Source: Callorhinchus milii
Lineage: Eukaryota
Length of the DNA stretch: 64,000 nt
Reading direction: 5' to 3'
Assembly: GCF_018977255.1 (NCBI RefSeq)
Contig: NW_024704743.1
Location: forward strand, 71,612,001 to 71,676,000
This document shows positions 1-10,612 of the stretch, in pieces. The translations under genes were made by a program, and so were the position numbers. Position 1 is the stretch's first letter. Every line of letters starts with the position of its first letter. Below the pieces are notes generated by a model. The model made no database searches. It saw only the letters and a list, made by a program, of their open reading frames with translations, and was not told the DNA's origin.

Positions 1-182
1 AGGCAAACAGGATCTTGGTTTAACATCTCATCCGAAACACAACACCTCTGACCAACACCTCGGCACACCCACAGCACTGTATTGGAGTCAACTTAGACTG
101 TATAGGTTCCAAATCCTGCCATAGGGCTTGAACCCACAACCTTCTGACACAGAGGCAAGAGTGTTACCAAATGAGCCAGGTG
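1..182 (-). mobile_element. Deu-domain SINE (SacSINE1/AmnSINE1-like), 5' part, cut by window edge
   Basis: Reverse complement gives a tRNA-like head (ggctcatttggtaacactcttgcctctgtgtcagaaggttgtgggttcaagccc) followed by the Deu-type core tttcggatgagatgttaaacc. Confidence 0.75.
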
Positions 183-307
183 AATAAAGGCATTATTATT
201 AAGAGTACCAATTAGAAATGAGATCAGACAACATTTCTTCATAACAAATGGAGAATGTGGAATATATAGCCCCAGAGGACCCTAAGTGCAGTAGTGGTGG
301 TGATGTA

Positions 308-751
308 TCGAATTCAAGATCCTTATCCTCATCTACAAGGCCATTCACGGCCTTGCTCCCTCCTACTTCTCTGACCTACTATCCCCCTACCTACCTGCCC
401 ATACCCTCCGTTCCTCTGGCTCCGGGCTGCTCCACATCCCCCGCTCCAACCGCCCTACCATCGGTGGCCGGGCCTTCAGCCTCTCAGCCCCGAGGCTCTG
501 GAACTCTATCCCCCAGTGCCTTCGCCTCGCTTCCTCCCTTTCCTCCTTCAAGGCCGGTCTCAAGACCTTTCTCTTTGACCGTGCCTTCAGCTCCCTTCTC
601 GATTCTCTACCCCCTCCTCACTCCCTCCCTCCCCTCACCCTGACTATTTCCCCCCTGCTCGGGTCCTGACCCAACTGTCCAGCACCTTGGGATGTCCTTC
701 CGACGTGAAAGGCCCTCTATAAATGGAATCTTGTTGTTGTTGTTGTTGTTT
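308..751 (+). mobile_element. L2-clade LINE 3' fragment
   Basis: Encodes IEFKILILIYKAIHGLAP...RPTIGGRAFS (L2 ORF2 C-terminus); 3' UTR ends gtgaaaggccctctataaatggaatc plus a (TTG)n tail. Confidence 0.85.
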
Positions 752-1795
752 GAAAGGAAAGTAGAAAAATATATGGGAAATAAAGGATAGGGAGAAAACA
801 TGGGAATTGGGATTTTAAAAAACGATAGAACAGATTTGGCAGCTAGCTAGGTGTTTAAGAGAAAAGTCTTGATGCATTCTTGGAAGCTAGTCCCTGGAAT
901 GGTGACAATAGGTCATAGTCAGTGAACCTTTACCCCAAGATAAGTTGCTACTTCTGCAATGGTTAAGTATGAGTATCACAGGCCAATATGCAAAGCTGAT
1001 ACATAGCCTTTATCAATGCAGAAAGCAATCACAGGATCTTCAACAAATTTATTTCCTCAAACGTTTTTAATCATCCACAGGTCTGCTGTTTGCACTTTAT
1101 TCAGTATACCAAAACAGGTAGCCTGGTAAGCAAGTAGTTTGTTCATTTTCTTGTGTAGATCACTTTCTTGGTATAGTGCGCATTTCTGCTGCATAATGTT
1201 AAAAAGCATTAGTTCAAGAACACACCTTGTTGTAGCCCATTTCAAAGGCCATGAGGATTTCATTGGTTGGCACTGGTTGAAACCCTGAAACTACCTGAGA
1301 CAATGTTTACATCAGAAACAACCTTGTAGGCTTCACATTTGAGTCCAATTTAAATTGTGTCATAAGCGGATGCTTAATTAATGAAGGTGCCAATTATTCA
1401 TTTCTAAAGCACCTCTTCATCCTGGGACAATGAAAATGCTTTTTCACATGTCGATTTTCCCATTTCTAGACCTAGTTTAGTTTGTTCTAATCATCTGATG
1501 TCATTCATTTTCTCAAAAGGAGTCCTCCCTTAGATTGTAAAGAACACATAATAGAGTTCTTGGCCTTGAAAATATTATTCTATCATTCTTGTTTCTAATG
1601 CCGAACTGCTTGCACTGCCTTGCACACAGTTCTAAAGTGCTCTATTTGAGTTTAAATCATGAGCATCATGTTAATTGTTAACAAGAAAAATTATTTGCTA
1701 CTGTGTGAGATGTTTAATAACTATCCAGTGGTAAAATGGTCATAACAAGTGGTCATATTAATATGCTGTCCCAGTTATATAATAATAATAATAGT

Positions 1796-2104
1796 GGAGT
1801 CCTGTAGCTCAGTGGTTAGAGCGTTTGCCTTGCAAGCGAGACACCTGGGTTCAATTCCAGGCAGGGCGAAACCTTGGGCAAGGTTCCTTACTCCACACAC
1901 GTAATAATAATCCCTCCAAAACAAAACAATAATAAATTGGTCATTTTCAATCCATGACAGTTTGTGGGTCACTGCTGTGCGCAATTGGCTGCCCCGTTTC
2001 GCCCACAGATATACAGTCAATTCACTTTACAGCATATTCTGTGAAGTGCTTTGAGACATCGAGAAGACGTGAAAAGCGCTATATCAAATACAAGGATTAT
2101 TATA
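1796..2104 (+). mobile_element. tRNA-derived SINE with L2-type 3' tail
   Basis: A-box TAGCTCAGTGG, B-box GGTTCAATTCC, then ccttgggcaagg core and tail gtgaaaagcgctatatcaaatacaaggattattat; several homologous copies in the window. Confidence 0.85.
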
Positions 2105-2947
2105 TAAGTGGAATACAAGTGGACTTATATGGGTCCATATAAGTGGAACATGAATGTTCACACTATACCCTTGTATGCAGATACGACATAAAGAATTAAT
2201 GAGCCATAACAACATTTTAAAATATTTACAGACCATAGTCTTTTAAATTTAGTCTAATTTGCAAGTCTTTTTTTCGAAAATGCATTCCAAATTAAGACAC
2301 ATTTAAGAATATTGCAAAAATCTGCATGTTCTTAAATGTTATGACAATGAAAAATTTCAGACCTCATTGTCTGGACAAATCAAAAGACCCTGAAATATTT
2401 GTCATATAACATTCCTATGTGGTCATATGTCAGTTGCATGAAAAAATAATGGACATAACATCACTGAAATACTTATCAGGCTAATTTTACTGTCAGTGTA
2501 AAAATCTGAATTCAGCCTTATTAATAAGTGAGCTGCAGACCATTCTTACTTTACTCCATGTTTCTTTTATGTGTTGAGAATTAGTGATGATTGTACAATT
2601 GGTGAATGTTGGCTAAAGTATGCTACAGGCTGCTGTAAAAGGGCATAAGCTTTGGAAAGCAGTTGCAATGGGCAATGGTCCTTCAACTAAAACATTTTTA
2701 AAATTTCATCTAGTTCAGCTCTTGGCTATAAATTTCTCCTTTTTAGACACAAGTCTTTGTGCAGATGGTACATCACCTCTTATCATATTTTCCTCCAACC
2801 AGGCATCAGTTTTCAAAGAATAACATTCGATACTTACTTTAACATCCTTGAGAAAGGATAGCCCTGGAGGAGTAACAAGAAACAGGCCTGGCCATTATTG
2901 ATAAGAAAGTTAGTGTACTCAGGAAATTATAATTTATTGCACAGTAG

Positions 2948-3295
2948 GATACCGGTTCAGATTTTCTAGACTTTGACAAAATAGGGAGATGTCACTCTTT
3001 CTTCAAACTCACAGCTTCCATGCTTCAACACAAAACCAATTCTTTGAAATGCCTGAAGCACAAACGTCCCAAATCATATTTCTTCCTGTGGTTGGCATTA
3101 CTGTTAGATACTTTATAAAGGATGCTTGGATTTCATGAGCAGGTGGAGAATTTTCTCTGATGTGTGTGGAGTTACTCGACAGTAAATAACTATGGGTTGA
3201 TCCCATTGGTGCCTCCCTATCCTGCCATGTGTTGGACTTATGGAATTACTTTGAATGTACCTCAGCATCTCTTGGCTGATCAACATTCAGATTCT
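2948..3295 (+). pseudogene. Degenerate coding sequence of unknown family, part 1 (before CR1 insertion)
   Basis: 116 codons in one frame with two stops (DTGSDFLDFDKIGR...LVPPYPAMCWTYGITLNVPQHLLADQHSDS); its end matches the start of the second copy at ~52272. Confidence 0.45.
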
Positions 3296-4545
3296 AACAT
3301 AAGAATATAAGAATTAGGAGCAGGAGTAGGCCATTCAGCCCCTCGAGCCTGCCCTGCCATTCGATAAGATCATGGCTGATCTTCAGATCTAACTCTAATT
3401 ACCTGCCCTATCTCCATATCCCCTAATCCCTCTTTTTTTAAAAATCTATCAGTCTCAGCCTTGAAGATGTTCAAGGACTGAGCATCTACAGCCTTCTGGG
3501 GTAGTGAATTCCATAAATTCACTACCCTCTGAGTGAAGAAATGTTTCCTCAACTCTGTTCTAAAAGGCTGACCCTTAATTTTAAGACTGTGACCCCTGGT
3601 TATAGATTCTCCTACCAGGGGAAACAGACCCTCAGTGTCTACTTTATCCAGCCCTTTAAGAATCTTATATGTTTCAATAAGATCTCCCCTAATTCTTCTG
3701 TACTCTAGAGAATATAGCCCTAGTTTATTCAGCCTATCCTCATAGGTCAGTCCCCTCATCCCAGGAACTAACCGAGTGAATCTACGCTGCACCCCCTCTA
3801 GGGCAAGTATGTCCTTTTTTAAATAAGGAGACCAAAACTGCACACAATACTCTAGGTGCGGTCTCACCAAGGCCCTATACAGTTGCAGCAAGACTTCCCT
3901 ACTCTTGTACTCTAAACCTTTTGCAATGAACGCTAACATGCCGTTCGCCTTCTTAGTTGCTTGCTGCACCTGCAAACTAACTTTTTGAGACTGGTGTACA
4001 AGGACACCCAAATCCCTCTGAACACTAACACTATCTAATCTCTCCCCTCTAGAAAATAATCTGTTTTTCTATTTTTTCTACCTAGGTGAATAACTTCACA
4101 CTTCCCCACATTAAATTCCATCTGCCACCTACTCGCCCACTCCCCTGCCTATCTATATCCCGTTGCAATCTTTTTGCATCATCCTCAGAGCTTACTCTCC
4201 CACCTAGTTTAGTGTCATCCGCGAATTTAGATACGTTACATTCAATGTCCTCGTCTAGATCATTGATGTAAATTGTAAATAGCTGAGGCCCAAGCACTGA
4301 TCCTTGTGGCACTCCACTAGTCACATCCTGCCAATTCGAGAATGACCCGTTTATCCCTACTCTCTGTTTTCTACCCGTTAGCCACTCTTCAATCCATGCT
4401 AATATGTTCCCATTAATCCTGTGGGCCTTAACCTTGTGCAATAGCCTTTTGTGTGGCACTTTATCAAATACATGCCTTTTTAACATCTAAATATACTACA
4501 TCTACTGGTTCCCCCCTGCTAGATACATCTTCAAAAAACTCTAAA
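3296..4545 (-). mobile_element. CR1-clade LINE (HER1-like), 5'-truncated, RT domain to 3' UTR
   Basis: ORFs 4082-4486 ([30 protein letters not shown]) and 3370-4011 (LVRPHLEYCVQFWSP, TRGHSLK, FFTQRVVNLWNSLP); 3' UTR with gaatggcctactcctgctcc and a short tandem tail. Confidence 0.95.
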
Positions 4546-4552
4546 AGAGTTT

Positions 4553-4861
4553 TGTCGCCCAACCCCCAGCAGCAAACTTCACATTAGCTGATCCTGTAAG
4601 CCCAGCTCAATGCTTGGAACTCTTGCCTTCCCCACAATTACTCCTGTGGCATCACCTAGTGTTTCAAACAACAGCACATTTCCCAACCACGAGGGGCAGA
4701 TGGCTGCTTTCAACAATAACACTCAAATAGGGCAGCCTTCCATCAAAGTGACAGGGAAGCAGCAGGCTGCAGGTGGAATGGCTCCAAGCAGCATCAAGGA
4801 AGCTATGGAGTACGCAGCCTTCTTGGCCAAGACTGGGATAAATCAGCCTTCTCAGCCTTAA
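4553..4861 (+). pseudogene. Degenerate coding sequence of unknown family, part 2 (after CR1 insertion)
   Basis: ORF 4610-4861 (NNSTFPNHEGQMAAF...KVTGKQQAAGGMAPSSIKEAMEY) aligns by eye with 52314-52590 (NNSTFPNYKRQIFAF...KVIGKQEAAGGMTPDSIKQAKKY). Confidence 0.55.
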
Positions 4862-4867
4862 TGATGT

Positions 4868-5120
4868 TACACAGAATTACATAGAATCCACAGTATCAAA
4901 ACAGGTCATTTGGCCCAACTAGTCTGTGCCTATATTTATATTCCACATGAGCCTCCAACCTTCCTAAACACCCTCTCACTAGCTCCTCCTACTACACACA
5001 CACCTCTCTCATGTATGCAGTTTCCTCTTGAATGTCTCACCACAGCTTCTAGCAGTGAGTTCTACACCCTCATCATCCTCTCTGTAAAGAAATTCCTCCT
5101 AAACTCTCTTTCAGATCTGA
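4868..5120 (-). mobile_element. Old CR1 3'-end remnant
   Basis: catagaatccacagtatcaaaacaggtcatttggccca is a reverse CR1-type 3' end, followed by degenerate FFTERMMRV..SL coding residue; similar to 52128-52260. Confidence 0.6.
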
Positions 5121-5570
5121 TGGGTGGATCTGATAATAATAATAAGAAGAAGAATCCTTGCAATTAATATAGCGCCTATCACGTCTTCGAGATTTCTCAA
5201 AGCATTTCATAGAATATACTGTAAAGTGAATTGACAGATGGTAGATCTTATATTGATAGTCTCTTGTTATGGATTCGCCAAAAAATGGAAAAAGTCTGTT
5301 TACCTTATTGAACTCTTTATGCCACCTTTATCAGGTACCTTTATGACACGATTATGACACCTTAATCAGGTCCCCTCTCAAACATCTCATTTTTGTGACT
5401 ACATTTTTAATACCTCCACAATATCTTTTAATTTTTCATGCTCTTCTTAACAGGAATAGAGCTTTATATATACATGTTAAAATATATTTATGAATAAAAG
5501 TTGTATCAATCTGTTAATCTGCTGTTTTCACTAATGTAAAATAGCCACAGCTTTTTTTGTGATTTGGAGC

Positions 5571-5595
5571 NNNNNNNNNNNNNNNNNNNNNNNNN
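5571..5595. other. Assembly gap (25 N)
   Basis: Run of 25 n characters. Confidence 1.
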
Positions 5596-6229
5596 TTAAT
5601 CCAAACACCTCACCCTTTCGTCATTTCCCTTTAATCCTCAACCACCTAAATATCTGTCTATCGCTTATTTAAACATCGTTTCTACATCTACATCTTTCTG
5701 GCACAGAGCATTTCATATCTTCGCAACCTTCTTTCAATAATCTATGTACGAGTCCTCCAATACAAATAGGATTTCATTCTGGATTCTTTCTTTTTCATGT
5801 TTATCGATCAAGTTCCTTATCCTGTGTCTTCCTCTTGTTTGGTAAATTATTTATCCCCACCAGAAAAAAAACATTCATCCTAGCTCGAGGAATGGGTTTG
5901 TGACTTTGAAATAAGCAGTTCAAAATTTAAATGTAACAGGATTCCTGATTTAACTTTAATGGCCAGTATTTATATTTTGTCACATTGTGTGAGAGTGTGT
6001 GTGGGGTGGGGGATGGGAGGGTTGGGGGGGCGGGTGGTATTGTGGCCCTATTTCTATTGTCCTTCAAACTATTGCCATAATTGAAGCTATCAGATTTGAG
6101 TGATTTTGTTCAGGCTGTACTGCAAAGGTTTTGTAATGAGATCTCCTGCTCTGTAGCTGATTTGGCAGTATACACGTGATCAGCCCATAGATCGTAATGC
6201 ATTGGTACATTTCTGCAAACAAATATAAC

Positions 6230-6775
6230 ATAACGTGTGGGAGCAGGAGTAGGCCATTCGGCCCTTCGAGTCTGCCCCACCATTCAATCATGACTGATCT
6301 TCTAATTTAACTCCAGCTAATAACCTGACCCTGCCTTATCCCCATATCCCTTAATCCCTTTTGCAATAAGAAATCTATCTATCTCAGTCTTGAATATGTT
6401 CAAGGACTGAGCGTCAACAGCCCTTTGGGTTAGTGTGTTCCAAACATTCACCACCCTTTGAGTGAAGAAGTTCTTCCTTAACTCAGTGAGAAAGGGCTGG
6501 CCTCTGATTTTAAGGTTGTGACCCCTGGTTTCAGTTTCTCCAACCAGGGGAAACAATCTCCCACTATCTACTCTATCACGCCTTTGATGATCTTATAGTT
6601 TTCTATAAGATCCCCTCTAATTCTTCTATATTCTAGAGAATATAGGCCCAAATTGGTCAGCCTATCCTCATAACTCAACCCCTTCATCCCTGGTACTAAC
6701 CTAGTAAATCTATGCTGCACCCCCTCCAAGGCAAGTACATCCTTCCTTAAATAAGGAGACCAATACTGCACACAT
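6230..6775 (-). mobile_element. CR1 LINE 3' fragment (mirror of 14085-14630)
   Basis: QYWSPYLRKDVLALEGVQHRFTRLVPG and TRGHNLK...FFTQRVVNVWN; CR1 3' UTR. Confidence 0.9.
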
Positions 6776-8439
6776 ATGCCACTTCATTGATAAATTAAAT
6801 TCATTTAAAACAAGCAGGTGTTGACAAATACATGAGAAATTGGATTTGACACACAACGAAATTTTGAGACTAGTTTCATTTTAAGATACAATGGCACTTT
6901 GACGTATATTTATGTTCAATTACAAAGAATCTTTTTTTTAAATTTAAGGGAGCCCAATTCTAACATTCCTTAGTCTATTAGTGGCTTATGGGGAAATGTA
7001 AATAATTCCTAAAATTCTTGCACTATAATCACAGTTACCTTCAAATAATAGTAATAATAATAATAATCCTTGCATTTGAAATAGTGCCTTTCAATCCGTA
7101 GGTCGTTAAAACATCTCAAAGTGCTTCATGGATTTTACTGGAAAGTGCAGTGACTGTGTATTGTAAGCAAACATGGCAGCCAATATTCCCACAGCATTGT
7201 CCCACAAAAAAAATTGACATTTTATCTGAAGGATTGTTGGGAAAGATAATAGGAGAAACATCTGGGTGAATCTTGTATTTTAAATCAGCTTTTGGACATT
7301 TGTTTGTAAGGATTATCTCAGACTCTTATCAGTTTTCTAACATAGAATATTTAATAATAATATTGTGATCTGTATGTGTGGATCCTGTATGTCTTCATTC
7401 CATAGCTCTATCCTGTAAATAAACTTATATTGGTTCACTTGGAAAAAGCCTATAATCGCTTGTGATACTTTTATCTTTCAAAAGAGACTGAGGGAGAGAA
7501 ACATGAAACCACTCAAAATATGTTGAATATAAACAAGTACAGTATTAGTTGTTAAGTTAAATGAAGGACAATACTACTAAAAGATGTGCAAGAAAGTGCA
7601 TTTCTCAAAAATAGTACATTCAATGAAACACATCTCAAAATGTAACACCTATCCTTATCGTAGGTTCAGCATTTCATCACTATCTAGTGCTGAAATCCTG
7701 GGAATGTTTGGCAGTGGCCAATTGCAGCAGTTTCTCCCAGCCTCAGCTCCTCTAATTCAGCACAGACCAGGCATAGAATCAGATGTAAGGATTATTATTG
7801 TAACTTGCACGGCTCAGTACAGTGCAGTGTAGGACTCAATCATTGAACCAGAGAGGTTATTTTACAATTTGTACTCTGAGCCGAATCACAATCTAGTTAA
7901 ACTTAACAAGACGATTCTCAGATTTCTTAACAGATTTCCTAATCAGAGAAGAGTACCAGGAGTAAAGAACACATGTGAGGCAAAGATGGTTGTGATAGAT
8001 AAACCAATTTCAGTAATGGCATGAATCACTTCCTATTATCCCTATAGTGCTATTCAGGCTCATCTTTGTTCAGCTACTGTGTTTGTTCATTTTCTACTTG
8101 ATAGAATAGTCCATATCTTTCATTCCTTATTGTTCCCTAATGTACAACATTATTCAATAGTTCTGCCTGAACAGCATTATCTTTACCTAGATAAATGTAC
8201 AGAATTATTTCCAGTAGATTAGTTGTTACAAGAGGTCATCTTTATTTCCTTTAGCAAAGTTTTCTTGCATCACGCATTCAATGTGCATATGAAAGTTACC
8301 TCTTCAGATTATTTTTATTATTTGGTGAAAGTTTTTTGCTCATCAGGTGAATGGCAAAAGTGCAGAATGGGACAATTTCTCATATTTAAATCACCATTAA
8401 AGGGTCAAAATTCCAGTACACAAACATTGTCTCACACTG

Positions 8440-8760
8440 CAGGCCGCCGAAACCCTCATACACGCATATGTAACATCCAGGCTTGACTATGCAAACTCCG
8501 TGCTTGTCGGCCTCCCCAACTCCTCCCTCCATAGGCTGCAGATCATCCAGAACTCTACAGCCAGTGTCCTCTCCCGCACCAGGCTCTGTGACCCTATCAC
8601 CCCCATCTTTGCCCGACTCCACCGGCTTCCCATCACACAGAGGATACAGTTCAAGATCCTGGTCCTCACTTTCAAAGCCCTCCATGGTGTTGCTCCCCCC
8701 TACCTCTACGACCTCCTAACCCCCAACCAACCTTCCTGCTCCTCCACTCAGGGGGCCTGT
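8440..8760 (+). mobile_element. L2 LINE internal fragment (mirror at 12100-12420)
   Basis: SRLDYANSVLVGLPNSSLHRLQIIQN...LHRLPITQRIQFKILVLTFKALHG. Confidence 0.85.
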
Positions 8761-9327
8761 TGAAGGCAATAATAATCCCTCCAAAACAAAACAATAATAA
8801 AATTGGTTATTTTCAATCCACGACTGTTTGTGGGACACTGCTGTGCCCAATTGTCTGCTGTGTTTTTCCCACAAATATACGGCCAATTCACTTTACAGTC
8901 TATTCTGTGAAGCGCTTTGAGATGTTGAGAAGTCGTGAAAAGTGCTATATCAAATGCAAGGATTATTATTATTATTATATGATATATTATATTATTATAA
9001 GGCATTATTGCCGGTTAAGGAAGTGATAGTATCACAGGGAAGGGGGCTATTTTATGGTGAAGCTGCCACCAGCACTGTCTGTCTGACCTGTTGGTGTGTT
9101 AAAGAGGAGGCCGATGGCTCCACATCTGCTGTGAAAATGGTTCGGCTACAGAGGAGACTAGACACTCGTTGAAGCTTGGAACCTGAACTGTGACCTGGAT
9201 GCAACTTTAACAGTGATGGATAATTTGAGCGTTAACAGCAGTGACCATAACTTTAGGAAGTCTGAAGTGAGGGTAGCATCAGGTAGTGTGAGAGGGGCAC
9301 TTGCTAACATTTCCTTCTTGTAGTTTT

Positions 9328-9686
9328 TGGAGGCCTGAAGCATACTGGTTAGAGCATTTGCCTCGCAAGCGAGAGGACCCGGCTTCGATTCGTGGGCAGG
9401 GTGAAACTTTAGGCAAATTTCCTTACTCAACATGCTTTTGTTTACCTAGCAGTAAGTAGTCGATTGGCAGATCGCTTTTCCAGGGATTATAGTCTGACAA
9501 AAAATAATAATTTGGTCACTCAATCCACGACTGTTTGTGGGACACTGCTGTGCATAATTGGCCGCTGCATTTTGCCCACAAAATATACAATCACTACACT
9601 TCATAGTATATTCTGTGAAGCGCTTTGAGACGTCTTGGTGATGCGATAAGGCGCTATATCAAATACAAGGATTATGATTATCATTA
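9328..9686 (+). mobile_element. tRNA-derived SINE with L2-type tail (mirror at 11174-11532)
   Basis: Head tggttagagcatttgcctcgcaagcgagaggacccggcttcgattc, core tgtttacctagcagtaagtag, tail gcgctatatcaaatacaaggattat. Confidence 0.8.
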
Positions 9687-10249
9687 TAGATAAATCAGCG
9701 CCGCAGCCAATCAAAGGAAACGATAGTGAATCACAGTCGGCCATGGACAGAACCCTCTGTTAGGATAATTGGGGAGTTAAGCAAGGCTACAGCATCTCAC
9801 AGCCACACAAGGGGGTGAAGTTTCCCAAGTCTGGAGCACAAAGTGATCCACCCCACCCTGGAGCCAGCATTTTACTAACCGGTAAGCATGTGCTAAGTGA
9901 TTGAGATGCTTCCCTGCATGAAGGATGCTATATAAATGCAAGTTGTTGTTGGGCTGTTCCATTCTGAATTAATGCTCTCAGACTTCGCTTCAGGTCTTGC
10001 TTCGCTAATTCCCTATGATGCTTGTCAATTGCCCACATAGTAGTTCTAAATAGTACGAGAAATTCCCAAAAGAGTGCACACAAATTTATGGGTCAATAAA
10101 TAATAATGATCCCTGCATTTGTTACAGTGCCTTATCACGTTATTGACATGTCTCAAAGCGCTTCACAGAATATACTGTAAGAGTGAATTGACGGTATATT
10201 TTGTAGGTGAAATTAAGGTTTATTACATGTCCAGTTAAAGAATAGGGGA

Positions 10250-10383
10250 CTCTCTCTCTCTCTCTGACTCTGTCTCTCTCTGACTCTCTCTCTCTGACTC
10301 TCTCTCTCTGACTCTCTCTCTCTCTCTCTCTGACTCTCTCTCTCTCTCTCTCTCTGTCTCTCTGACTCTCTCCTCTCTCTTGA

Positions 10384-10446
<63 letters not shown>

Positions 10447-10484
10447 GTCTCTCTTCTCTCTCTCTCCCTCTCTCTCTCTCTCTG

Positions 10485-10525
<41 letters not shown>

Positions 10526-10580
10526 GTCTCCCTCTCTCTCTCTCTCTCTGTCTCTCTGTCTCCCTCTCTCTCTCTCTCTG
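10250..10580 (+). repeat. (CT)n microsatellite with CTGA/CTGT interruptions, forming the palindrome spacer
   Basis: About 330 bp of nearly pure TC dinucleotide, seen directly. Confidence 0.98.
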
Positions 10581-10612
10581 CCCTTTCTCCTCCTTCCGAT
10601 TGTTCCTTTTTT

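Larger units (their letters stand above)
5596..10247. repeat. Left arm of 4,652-bp inverted duplication
   Basis: Reverse complement of 10613-15264; every mirrored ORF pair has an identical translation and coordinates summing to 20860. Confidence 0.98.

Noticed and set aside
248..643. Pro/Ser-rich 131-aa ORF (also 15496, 16325, 49309, 59965)
   Set aside because: Alternative reading frames of C-rich L2 sequence.
1796..1870. tRNA gene
   Set aside because: A and B boxes are present, but the sequence runs into a SINE body and tail and recurs in decayed copies; it is a SINE head.
3370..4486. Functional reverse transcriptase, retron or other RT-based system
   Set aside because: 5'-truncated, frameshifted CR1 copy in eukaryotic DNA; no endonuclease, ORF1 or accessory genes.
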